NCBI GenBank assembly: GCA_016293205.1
Contig: JAEDES010000005.1
Coordinates: 1 to 55,623 of the forward strand
Origin: Bacilli bacterium
GTDB taxonomy: Bacteria > Bacillota_I > Bacilli_A > RF39 > UBA660
DNA length: 55,623 nucleotides
Direction: 5' to 3'
Positions 17,550 to 25,359 of the stretch are shown here, in pieces; the stretch's first letter is position 1; each line of letters begins with the position of its first letter. The notes beneath the pieces are model-generated. The model did no database searches. It worked only from the letters and a program-made list of their open reading frames with translations, and was not told where the DNA came from. The translations under genes were made by a program, and so were the position numbers.

Positions 17550-18874
17550 TTTTCTTGTTCTTCTGATTTTTCTAGTTCTTCTTTTAAAGCTTTTTTACTT
17601 CTTTTTTTAATAATATTTCTATAGATTGGAACTAGTTTTGTAAATACAAAGTACATTACTGGATTAATTACATAATCCCATTCACCTAAGAATTCTACAT
17701 AATCTCCACCAAATTTACGTTTAAATTCATGTAGACCAAATAGTGGGTTATCTTCTCTTAAATCTCCAATTGTACCGAATTGGTCGTATATTTTTAGACC
17801 TCTAGATTTACAATATCTTAAGTGTTCATAATATGTATGATAATTTACGTATGTTTCAGATAATATATTGTGGTTACCTGCATATAGTACCCAAGCTTTA
17901 TCTCCATATTCAATAATCATATGTGCACTAAGAGTAATTTCATTTCCATATTGTTTTGCATAGTCTTTGTACTTATTTATTTCTGACTGAGTATTTTCTT
18001 TTTGTTTTCTTAGTTCTTCTAACTTAGTTTTTGCACTTTTACTTAGATTATCTATTGGTAGAATAGATATTTGATCTACAATTCTTTTTAAATTTTTTTC
18101 TAATGATTTAATAGTTTTATTAAAGTTTATTTTTCCTATGAAAAGTGTTGCTTTAGAATTTTTATTTCCATTAAATATTTCATATAGTGTTTCATAATAA
18201 TCTTCATTATATGAAATAAAGTCTTTTCTTGATTCAGTTAGAGTCATAAGATGATAGAATTCTTTAATATCTTTTTTTGTTCCAATAACAACTTCTGTTT
18301 CTAATTTTTCTGATTTAGCGATACGTTGTTTTGTTGTCTTTGATAAGTGGTTTTCTATATCTTCCATTGATTGTTCTAAATTAATTCTAAATGAATATCT
18401 AGGTTGAGATGTTTCAAAATTCTTTGTAAATCCAAGATGTTTGAAACCTGCTTTTTTAATATTATCAAATATTACTTCTGGATCATAATTTAATTTTTGT
18501 TCTTCATTTTGATAATTATAAGACTTCCTTATTATATCTGGATCTATTTTTACAAAGATTGCTTTTCTTGTTTTTGCGAATTCTACTACTTTTTTAGTCA
18601 TTGTTTTGAGTAATTCTTTTTTATTAAAATCTATTACAAAGCCACGAGGGGCATATAAATAACACATATTCATTGGTAAGTGTTTCTCTAGTAGAAGAGT
18701 TGCAGCAACTAATTGATTATCTTCTGTTGTTAGTCCTAGATAATGTGGAGTTAGATTCTTTTTTACTTTTGCAAATTCTCCCCAAGAAAGTGATTGTAAG
18801 AAATGTGATTTATATTGATGATTTCTTACATAGTTGTCATATTCTTCTTTATCTATTGTTTTTAGTCTTAACAT
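17540..18874 (-). CDS. FemAB-family peptidoglycan interpeptide-bridge aminoacyltransferase
   Basis: 444 aa. The N-terminus (HFLQSLSWGEFAK), a central coiled-coil insertion and the C-terminal FGLHEFKRKFGG are typical of FemA/FemB/FemX/MurM. Confidence 0.85.
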   Translation of the reverse strand: MLRLKTIDKEEYDNYVRNHQYKSHFLQSLSWGEFAKVKKNLTPHYLGLTTEDNQLVAATLLLEKHLPMNMCYLYAPRGFVIDFNKKELLKTMTKKVVEFAKTRKAIFVKIDPDIIRKSYNYQNEEQKLNYDPEVIFDNIKKAGFKHLGFTKNFETSQPRYSFRINLEQSMEDIENHLSKTTKQRIAKSEKLETEVVIGTKKDIKEFYHLMTLTESRKDFISYNEDYYETLYEIFNGNKNSKATLFIGKINFNKTIKSLEKNLKRIVDQISILPIDNLSKSAKTKLEELRKQKENTQSEINKYKDYAKQYGNEITLSAHMIIEYGDKAWVLYAGNHNILSETYVNYHTYYEHLRYCKSRGLKIYDQFGTIGDLREDNPLFGLHEFKRKFGGDYVEFLGEWDYVINPVMYFVFTKLVPIYRNIIKKRSKKALKEELEKSEEQEKES

Positions 18875-18943
18875 TAATTGTGCCTACCTTTCGTATATAT
18901 GATTATATACAATTTAATAATACCATAAAATAAGTATATTTGT

Positions 18944-18968
18944 AAAAAAAAAGAACACTTTAGTGTTC
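18944..18968 (-). terminator. rho-independent terminator after the small coiled-coil ORF
   Basis: Minus-strand RNA forms GAACAC-uaaa-GUGUUC followed by 9 U. The stop codon lies in the stem. Confidence 0.8.
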
Positions 18969-19125
18969 ATAACATATGATAAGAGTCATCTTTTTGTAAA
19001 TAGTTTGTTTTATTAGAATTTTCTAATTCTTGTATTTTTTGTTTTAGATAGTTTATTTCTTGTTTTAACTTTTCTATTTCTTGATAGATATTTGGTTGTA
19101 TAAAAGGGGGAAAACCTATATTCAT
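18967..19125 (-). CDS. small coiled-coil protein (52 aa), possibly sporulation-specific
   Basis: MNIGFPPFIQPNIYQEIEKLKQEINYLKQKIQELENSNKTNYLQKDDSYHML. The ATG at 19125 is preferred; the track's TTG at 19158 lies inside the putative promoter. The SD is weak (AGG). Own terminator. Confidence 0.5.
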   Translation of the reverse strand: MNIGFPPFIQPNIYQEIEKLKQEINYLKQKIQELENSNKTNYLQKDDSYHML

Positions 19126-19146
19126 ATTTATACCTGACTTTCGTTT

Positions 19147-19173
19147 TATTATATGCAACTGTATTTATTATGT
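19147..19173 (-). promoter_or_regulatory. sigma-K-like promoter (AC-16 nt-CATATAATA) upstream of the small coiled-coil ORF
   Basis: The minus strand reads tcACataataaatacagttgCATATAATA, matching the remembered consensus AC-N16/17-CATAnnnTA. It also contains a TATAAT that sigma-A could use. Confidence 0.35.
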
Positions 19174-19198
19174 GATAAAATATAGATAGGTGATTGAA

Positions 19199-19837
19199 AT
19201 GCGACTTAGAAATGTCAAAAATAAAGATGAAATATTAAATGCAAGTGAATACTTAGTTAAAAATCCTGAAGAGTATATTGGTAAATGGAAAGAAGTATTT
19301 GGTAATGATAATCCTATTTATATAGAAATTGGTATGGGTAAGGGTAAGTTTATTATTGAGAATGCTTTAAAATATCCAGATATTAATTTTATTGGTATTG
19401 AGAAATTTGATAGTGTACTTGCTAGAAGCTTACCAAAAATACCAGAAGGTGTTAAAAACTTAATGATTATTAGAATGGATGCTTTAAATATAGAAAAAGT
19501 ATTTGATAAAGAGATTGATAGAATTTATCTTAACTTTTCTGATCCATGGCCTAAAGTTCGACATCATTTGAGAAGATTATCTAGTAGAGTATTTTTAGAG
19601 AAATATAGTCATATTTTTAGAGAAGATTATTCTATCTATATGAGAACTGATAATCAAGGGTTATATATTTATTCTCTTATGAGTTTTAGTGAAGGTGGAT
19701 ATGTACTTAGTGATATTACTTTTGACTTACATAGTACAGAGGATGAATTAATTACTACTGAGTATGAAGATAAATTCTCTAGTAAGGGAATGCCTATATA
19801 TGCTGTAGTTGCTACTAAAAAAAGTGTAAAAAAGTAA
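19199..19837 (+). CDS. trmB: tRNA (guanine46-N7)-methyltransferase
   Basis: Contains IEIGMGKG (SAM binding) and NFSDPWPKVRHHLRRL. The ATG at 19199 lies after GGTGA; the track's GTG at 19190 is in the SD. Confidence 0.92.
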   Translation: MRLRNVKNKDEILNASEYLVKNPEEYIGKWKEVFGNDNPIYIEIGMGKGKFIIENALKYPDINFIGIEKFDSVLARSLPKIPEGVKNLMIIRMDALNIEKVFDKEIDRIYLNFSDPWPKVRHHLRRLSSRVFLEKYSHIFREDYSIYMRTDNQGLYIYSLMSFSEGGYVLSDITFDLHSTEDELITTEYEDKFSSKGMPIYAVVATKKSVKK

Positions 19838-19902
19838 AATAATAGTAAAATATTTTTACATTTATAAAAAATTTGATATAATGTATTAAGAGTAGGTGAA
19901 AT

Positions 19903-20583
19903 ATGAAAAGACTAATTGTTTTACTCTCTGCAGTAATGATTTTAGTTACTGGATGTAGTGCAGTGAAATTAGATACTGCTGATATTGGAAAAAATATTAA
20001 GAATTTACTATCAAAAAAAGTAGATTTATATAATGTACATTTTGATGGATATAAATACTATGTTCCTAAAGGACTTAAGTTTCTTCATAAAGAAGAATAT
20101 AATGCTTCGTTTATAGATAAATATAATAATAAATATTACTTATATGTTGATGCTATTGGGTATTATCATAAGAGTGATTTAAAATATAACGTTGAGAATG
20201 ATATACATTATTCCAATCTTTTGAAGTTTAATAAAAAAGATGGATATATTAGAATTGAAGAAATTGATAACAAATTTTATATACAGTTTGTGTTTAATTA
20301 TGCAAAGATGGAAGCTTACGTTAAGGAAGAAGAACTTTCTACTGTAATTACAAATATGTGTTATGTTCTTAGAACAATTAAATTTAATGATGCAGTACTA
20401 GAGAGTTTGGTTGGAGAAAACGTTTTAAGTTATAAAGAAGAAAACTTTACTTTATTTAATACAACTGATTCTAAAGATGTTTATTTACAAGCAGCTGAAG
20501 ATGGATATGTTGAAGAAGAAAAAGATGTATTTGAAGATGATGACTTTGACATTGATATTGATGAAGATGTATTTGATGAGTAG
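19903..20583 (+). CDS. lipoprotein, unknown function, acidic C-terminal tail
   Basis: Has a lipobox (LVTGC in MKRLIVLLSAVMILVTGCSA). The C-terminus reads EEEKDVFEDDDFDIDIDEDVFDE. Confidence 0.75.
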   Translation: MKRLIVLLSAVMILVTGCSAVKLDTADIGKNIKNLLSKKVDLYNVHFDGYKYYVPKGLKFLHKEEYNASFIDKYNNKYYLYVDAIGYYHKSDLKYNVENDIHYSNLLKFNKKDGYIRIEEIDNKFYIQFVFNYAKMEAYVKEEELSTVITNMCYVLRTIKFNDAVLESLVGENVLSYKEENFTLFNTTDSKDVYLQAAEDGYVEEEKDVFEDDDFDIDIDEDVFDE

Positions 20584-20598
20584 TTGAGAGGTGAATTT

Positions 20599-21657
20599 AT
20601 GGGTATTTTGGATAAATTAAAAAATGCGCTTTTTGAAGAAGAAATAGTAGAAGTAGAAGAAAAACCAAAAAAACCAAAGACTAAGACTGATTTTTTCAAG
20701 GAAAAGAAACAAGATAAGCCTATTGCTAAGAAAGTTGTTTTACCTGAAAAGAAAGAAACTAAAGTTGAAGAATTAGATGAAACTGATTATGTTGATGAGG
20801 ATTTTGAAATCTCTCCAGCACAAAGAGAAGAATTAGAAGAAAGAATTAAAGAAGAATTTGATGTTTCTGATGAAGATCTTAAAGTTGAAGAGGATGTATT
20901 TGATGAAGTACCTCCTGAACCAGAAATTGTCAAAGTATTAGATTATGAGAAAGAAGAAGTTCTTCCTGAGGTTAAAGAAGAACCTAAATATTATCAATCT
21001 AAACCAGTAGAGAAATATCCTTATGGAATGTCTTCTAATAAATCTACATATTCGGAATATAGTGGTGGAGCTTATGAGAAAAAAGAAGCAAGAACTCATT
21101 TTACACCTTCACCAATTATTTCTCCAATCTATGGTATTTTAGATAAGAATTATAAAAAAGAAGATGTAGTACAAAAGAAAGAAGTTAGATTAACTAGTAG
21201 TTATTCTAGAAGTAACTTAAACTTAGATGATGTTAGAAAGAAAGCTTATGGTACAACTATAAAAGAAGATTTAGAAAGAGAATTTATGGATGAATCAGTT
21301 AAGGAAGAGACATCATATAAAGTAGAAAAAGATGAAGATGTTAATCTATTAGTTGATTTAAATGAAGATGAAAAACCTTCTGTAAAAGAATTAACAATGG
21401 GAGATGCTTTAGAATATTTTCATGATTTAGGGTTAGAATATAATGTAGATTATGTTGATGCATCTAATACTGTTGGACGTAGAGTTAAAGATAACTATGA
21501 CGAAGAAGAATCTACTGAAAGCAATAGTAGACTATCTAGATTAGATGAAGAAAGAGTAGAAGAAAAAACTACAGAAGTTGTAGAAGAAAAGAAAGAAGAA
21601 GTAGACTCTGATAATTTATTTGATTTGATAGATTCAATGTATAAAGATAATGAATAG
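20599..21657 (+). CDS. highly acidic E/K/D-rich protein with N-terminal amphipathic helix, unknown function
   Basis: The ATG at 20599 lies after GAGGTG. The N-terminus is MGILDKLKNALFEEE. There is a conserved-looking island, FTPSPIISPIYGILDK. No family recognised. Confidence 0.7.
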   Translation: MGILDKLKNALFEEEIVEVEEKPKKPKTKTDFFKEKKQDKPIAKKVVLPEKKETKVEELDETDYVDEDFEISPAQREELEERIKEEFDVSDEDLKVEEDVFDEVPPEPEIVKVLDYEKEEVLPEVKEEPKYYQSKPVEKYPYGMSSNKSTYSEYSGGAYEKKEARTHFTPSPIISPIYGILDKNYKKEDVVQKKEVRLTSSYSRSNLNLDDVRKKAYGTTIKEDLEREFMDESVKEETSYKVEKDEDVNLLVDLNEDEKPSVKELTMGDALEYFHDLGLEYNVDYVDASNTVGRRVKDNYDEEESTESNSRLSRLDEERVEEKTTEVVEEKKEEVDSDNLFDLIDSMYKDNE

Positions 21658-21666
21658 GAGGTTAAT

Positions 21667-21951
21667 ATGGAACTTTTAGATTTATATTTACCAGTACTAT
21701 TATATGTAGCTGGTATCATATTATTAATAGTGTTAATAATTTTAGGAATAAAATTAATTAAAGTATTAGATAGGGTTGATAGAGTAGTTGAAAATGTAGA
21801 AGAAAAAGTTAATGCTTTAAATACTACATTTGAAGTTATTACTAGAGCAACTAATAGTATTTCAACAATTACTGATAGTTTTGTTAGTAATGCGATAGGA
21901 TTTATTTCTAGAATTTTTAATAAGAAAAATGAGGAGGATTATTATGAGTAA
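21667..21951 (+). CDS. DUF948-like (YtxG-like) membrane-anchored protein
   Basis: One N-terminal TM segment plus a helical region, immediately upstream of a YtxH-domain gene as in the B. subtilis ytxG-ytxH pair. SD is AGGAGG. Confidence 0.65.
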   Translation: MELLDLYLPVLLYVAGIILLIVLIILGIKLIKVLDRVDRVVENVEEKVNALNTTFEVITRATNSISTITDSFVSNAIGFISRIFNKKNEEDYYE

Positions 21952-22357
21952 GAAATCTGGATTTGGAAAATTTTTAGCAGGAGCTGCTATTGGAGCAGGA
22001 TTAGGAATTTTATTCGCACCTAAAAAAGGTAGTGAAACAAGAGCTATTCTTAAAGAAAAATTAGATGAATTAATGATTCAAATTAAAAAGATTGATGTTG
22101 AAGAAATCAAAGAAGAATTTGAAGATAGAATTCAAGAAATTAAAGAAGAATTAGCTGACCTAGATAAAGAAAAAGTTTTAGAACTAGCTAAAGAAAAATC
22201 AATTCAATTAAAAAATAAAGCTCAAGAATTAGTTGATTTAGCTATTGATAAAGGTACTCCAATCTTAAGAGATATGGCTGAAGATGTTAAAGTTAAAACT
22301 TTAGAAGTATCTAAACAAGTAGTTAAGAAATTAGAAACTAAAGAAAAAGCAAAATAA
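21944..22357 (+). CDS. YtxH-domain protein
   Basis: The N-terminus SGFGKFLAGAAIGAGLGILFAPKKGSETR is the YtxH signature, followed by a coiled coil. The ATG at 21944 lies after GAGGAGG and overlaps the upstream gene by 8 nt. Confidence 0.8.
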   Translation: MSKKSGFGKFLAGAAIGAGLGILFAPKKGSETRAILKEKLDELMIQIKKIDVEEIKEEFEDRIQEIKEELADLDKEKVLELAKEKSIQLKNKAQELVDLAIDKGTPILRDMAEDVKVKTLEVSKQVVKKLETKEKAK

Positions 22358-22380
22358 GTCTTATGACTTATTTTTTTTTG
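22351..22380 (+). terminator. rho-independent terminator
   Basis: ATAAGTC-ttat-GACTTAT followed by a 9-T run. Confidence 0.8.
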
Positions 22381-22403
22381 ATATAATATAGTAGAGGTGT
22401 AAT

Positions 22404-23276
22404 ATGAAATTATTTAAAAGTCGAGGTTTAGATATTTTATTTAATGATAGTAATCTTGATTATAAGGGTGTATTTTCTTATGATATAGATTATTCTAATA
22501 TTATTAATGATAATTTTATAGTACAAGGTATATGTAGGAGTGAAGAGTATTTTTTTATAAGTTGTTATAGTAAAGATAGAGTTAATTCTAGAGTATATAT
22601 TTATAAAGATGAATTTATTAAATATGTTGAACTTGATAATAATAGTCATGTAGGTGGAATAACTTATTGCGATAAAGGATATTTATTTATTACTGAGAAG
22701 AATGGTAAAATTAACTGTTATAAGTATTCTGATTTTATAAATGGTATTGTTACTAAAGTAGATTGTAATATAAATATATCTAATGAATTAGATGGTATTG
22801 TTAGTGCAGCTACTTTATATTATTATGATAGTTATTTATATGTATGTACTTGTAGTTATGAAGGTAGAATGGTTAGATATAAATTATCTTTTAGTGATGG
22901 AATAAGTATTGATGAGTTTAAGGTTTATTCTAATTTACCTGCTTGTATTCAAGGAATATGTGTATTTAAATATATGGATAATTTATATTATTTATTTAGT
23001 CAATCTTATAGTAAGAGTAAATCATGTATTAAGTTATTAGATTCTAACTTTGAGTTTTTAGGTCAATATATTAGTAGTTTTATTGGTATTGAAGGTATTG
23101 AATTAGATAAGAGTGGTAATATTATAGGAATATTTGAAAAGAATATTAGTCATAGTGTTTTATTTAATATAAGTATGCTTAGAGGTGGATTAAAGTCTTC
23201 TTTAGAGAAAAAGTATTATATTTATGGTGATATTCATCAAAAAAAGTTAGATAATCTTAGAAAAATGACTTTGTAA
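22404..23276 (+). CDS. hypothetical Cys/Tyr-rich protein, no signal peptide
   Basis: 290-aa ORF with SD AGAGGTG. No family recognised. Confidence 0.65.
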   Translation: MKLFKSRGLDILFNDSNLDYKGVFSYDIDYSNIINDNFIVQGICRSEEYFFISCYSKDRVNSRVYIYKDEFIKYVELDNNSHVGGITYCDKGYLFITEKNGKINCYKYSDFINGIVTKVDCNINISNELDGIVSAATLYYYDSYLYVCTCSYEGRMVRYKLSFSDGISIDEFKVYSNLPACIQGICVFKYMDNLYYLFSQSYSKSKSCIKLLDSNFEFLGQYISSFIGIEGIELDKSGNIIGIFEKNISHSVLFNISMLRGGLKSSLEKKYYIYGDIHQKKLDNLRKMTL

Positions 23277-23286
23277 ATATTTAATT

Positions 23287-23297
23287 TTGTGGTATAG
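23287..23297 (+). promoter_or_regulatory. extended -10 promoter (TGTGGTATAGT) of the Tyr T-box operon
   Basis: TRTG-type -16 element plus TATAGT (23292-23297). Confidence 0.55.
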
Positions 23298-23303
23298 TAT
23301 ATT

Positions 23304-23518
23304 TAATATTTTTGTTGATAAATATATTAGTAGTATTTATTATTTGTTTTAGAGACTTAGTGGTTGGTGGAAACTAAGAGATAATAAAATATGAATTACA
23401 ATATTTGGAGAAAAACGTTAACTGCGTTAAAGTTATAAAGTGCATAGGTTTTATACTTATGAATTAAGGTGGTACCGCGAATATTTCGTCCTTATGGATG
23501 GAGTATTCGCTTTTTTTT
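23304..23518 (+). promoter_or_regulatory. T-box riboswitch leader, tyrosine specifier
   Basis: AGAGA at 23351-23355 with distal GGTGGAAA. The specifier is atGAATTACAa, with TAC (23397-23399) followed by A. The T-box AAGGTGGTACCGCG is at 23466-23479. The terminator is GCGAATA...TATTCGC plus 8 T (23477-23518). Confidence 0.9.
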
Positions 23519-23533
23519 GCTAGGAGGGATGTT

Positions 23534-24079
23534 ATGCATACTGAGTATGAAGTAAGAGTATTAGAAATTGATGTAGAAAGTATCAAAGAAAAACTTGAAT
23601 CAGTTGGAGCAGAGTTTTGTTTTGACAAACTTCAAAAACGATACGTTTATGATTTTATTCCAAAAGTAGAGAGTAAATGGATAAGACTTAGAACTAATGG
23701 TGATAAGACTACTCTTACTATTAAGAATTTAGTATCTTCATCAATTGATGGAACTCAGGAATTAGAAGTTGAAGTTGATAACTTTGAGAGGACTAATTTA
23801 ATTTTAAAAGAATTAGGATATGAGGCAAAAGGATATCAAGAGAATAGAAGAGTTCAATATTTACTTAATGGAGTAGAGATTGATATTGATTATTGGCCTA
23901 TGATTCCTACATATTTAGAAATTGAAGGACCAAGTGAAAAAGCAGTATATGATACTTTAAAAGTATTAGGTATTGATAAAAAGAGTATAACAACTCGTGA
24001 TGTACAAGGAATATATTTAGATTATGGATTTAAATTAGATGAAATTAATGATTTAAAATTAGAGGAGGAAAGAAAATGA
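23534..24079 (+). CDS. CYTH-domain protein (triphosphate tunnel metalloenzyme / CyaB-like)
   Basis: The N-terminal EYEVRV is ExExK-like, and the alternating charged beta-strand pattern (WIRLRT, TLTIK, ELEVEV, EIDIDYW, YLEIE) is typical of CYTH. The ATG at 23534 lies after AGGAGGG; the track start at 23498 is inside the terminator. Confidence 0.8.
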   Translation: MHTEYEVRVLEIDVESIKEKLESVGAEFCFDKLQKRYVYDFIPKVESKWIRLRTNGDKTTLTIKNLVSSSIDGTQELEVEVDNFERTNLILKELGYEAKGYQENRRVQYLLNGVEIDIDYWPMIPTYLEIEGPSEKAVYDTLKVLGIDKKSITTRDVQGIYLDYGFKLDEINDLKLEEERK

Positions 24080-25308
24080 CATTATTTGAAGAATTACAAT
24101 GGAGAGGTTTAATAAAAGATGTTGCTGGAGATGATATAGCAGATAAATTAAATAACGAAAAGATTACTTTTTACTGGGGAACAGATCCTACTGCGGATAG
24201 TCTTCATCTAGGACATTACTCTTCATTAGTTACTGCTAAGAGATTAGCTAAAGCTGGACATAATCCAATTCTTTTATGTGGTGGAGCTACTGGATTAATT
24301 GGAGATCCTAGACCAACTGCTGAAAGAGAGATTATTTCTAAAGAGAAATTAAATGAAAACTTACAAGGAATTAAAGATCAAGTATTAAAAATCTTCGATG
24401 GTAAAGCAGAAGTTGTTAATAACTATGATTGGTTTAAAGGATATGAATTTACTGATGTATTAAGAGATGTTGGTAAATATATCAATGTTAATTATATGTT
24501 AGATAAAGATATTATTCGTAGAAGATTAGATTCTGGAATTACTTTTGCGGAGTTTGCATATATGTTAATTCAAGGATATGATTTCTTATGGTTATACCAA
24601 AATAAAAATTGTGTTATGCAAGTAGAGGGTTCTGATCAATGGGGTAATATTACTACAGGACTTGATTTAATTAAAAAGAAACTTGGTAAAGACGCATATG
24701 CATTTACAATGCCTTTAGTACTTGATAAATATGGAAATAAATTTGGTAAGAGTGAAGGTAATGCTTTATGGTTAGATGAAGCAAAAACATCTAGTTATGA
24801 ATTATATCAATACTTAATTAATGTAGATGATGAAATGGTTGTTCATTACTTAAAAATCTTTACTTTCTTAAGTAAAGAAGAAATAGAAGAATTAGAAAAG
24901 AAAAATCAAGAAAATCCACATTTAAGAGAAGCTCATAAAGCTTTAGCTCGTGAAATTATTACTGATTTACATGGAAAAGAATCATATGAAAATGCTGTTA
25001 AAATTAGTGAAGCTTTATTTAGTGGAGACATTAAATCATTTACTGGTAAAGATGTAGAAGTTGCATTTAGTGGACTTGAACCATTTAAGATGACTGAAGA
25101 TAGTTTATTAATTGATGTACTTGTAAATAATGGAGTATGTTCTAGTAAGAGAGAAGCTCGTGAATTTATGGGGAATGGATCAATTACAGTAAATGGAGAT
25201 AAGATTACTGATTTAGAATTTATGGTTACTAAAGATGTTTGTATTGATTCTAAATATATTGTAATTAGAAGAGGAAAAAAGAAATATTATTTAGGTATAT
25301 TTGAATAG
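24076..25308 (+). CDS. tyrS: tyrosine--tRNA ligase
   Basis: HIGH motif is SLHLGHY, KMSKS equivalent is KFGKS, and there is a C-terminal S4-like domain. ATGA overlap with the CYTH gene. Confidence 0.97.
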   Translation: MTLFEELQWRGLIKDVAGDDIADKLNNEKITFYWGTDPTADSLHLGHYSSLVTAKRLAKAGHNPILLCGGATGLIGDPRPTAEREIISKEKLNENLQGIKDQVLKIFDGKAEVVNNYDWFKGYEFTDVLRDVGKYINVNYMLDKDIIRRRLDSGITFAEFAYMLIQGYDFLWLYQNKNCVMQVEGSDQWGNITTGLDLIKKKLGKDAYAFTMPLVLDKYGNKFGKSEGNALWLDEAKTSSYELYQYLINVDDEMVVHYLKIFTFLSKEEIEELEKKNQENPHLREAHKALAREIITDLHGKESYENAVKISEALFSGDIKSFTGKDVEVAFSGLEPFKMTEDSLLIDVLVNNGVCSSKREAREFMGNGSITVNGDKITDLEFMVTKDVCIDSKYIVIRRGKKKYYLGIFE

Positions 25309-25332
25309 GAAACTTGGTTTCCTCTTTTTTTT
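25307..25332 (+). terminator. rho-independent terminator after tyrS
   Basis: AGGAAAC-ttg-GTTTCCT followed by a T-run. Confidence 0.85.
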
Positions 25333-25359
25333 ATGTTAAAATAATTAGAGGGTGGTAGA

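Noticed and set aside
23498-23533. N-terminal 12 codons of the track ORF 23498-24079.
   Set aside because: They lie inside the Tyr T-box terminator and T-run. The SD-preceded ATG at 23534 is used instead.
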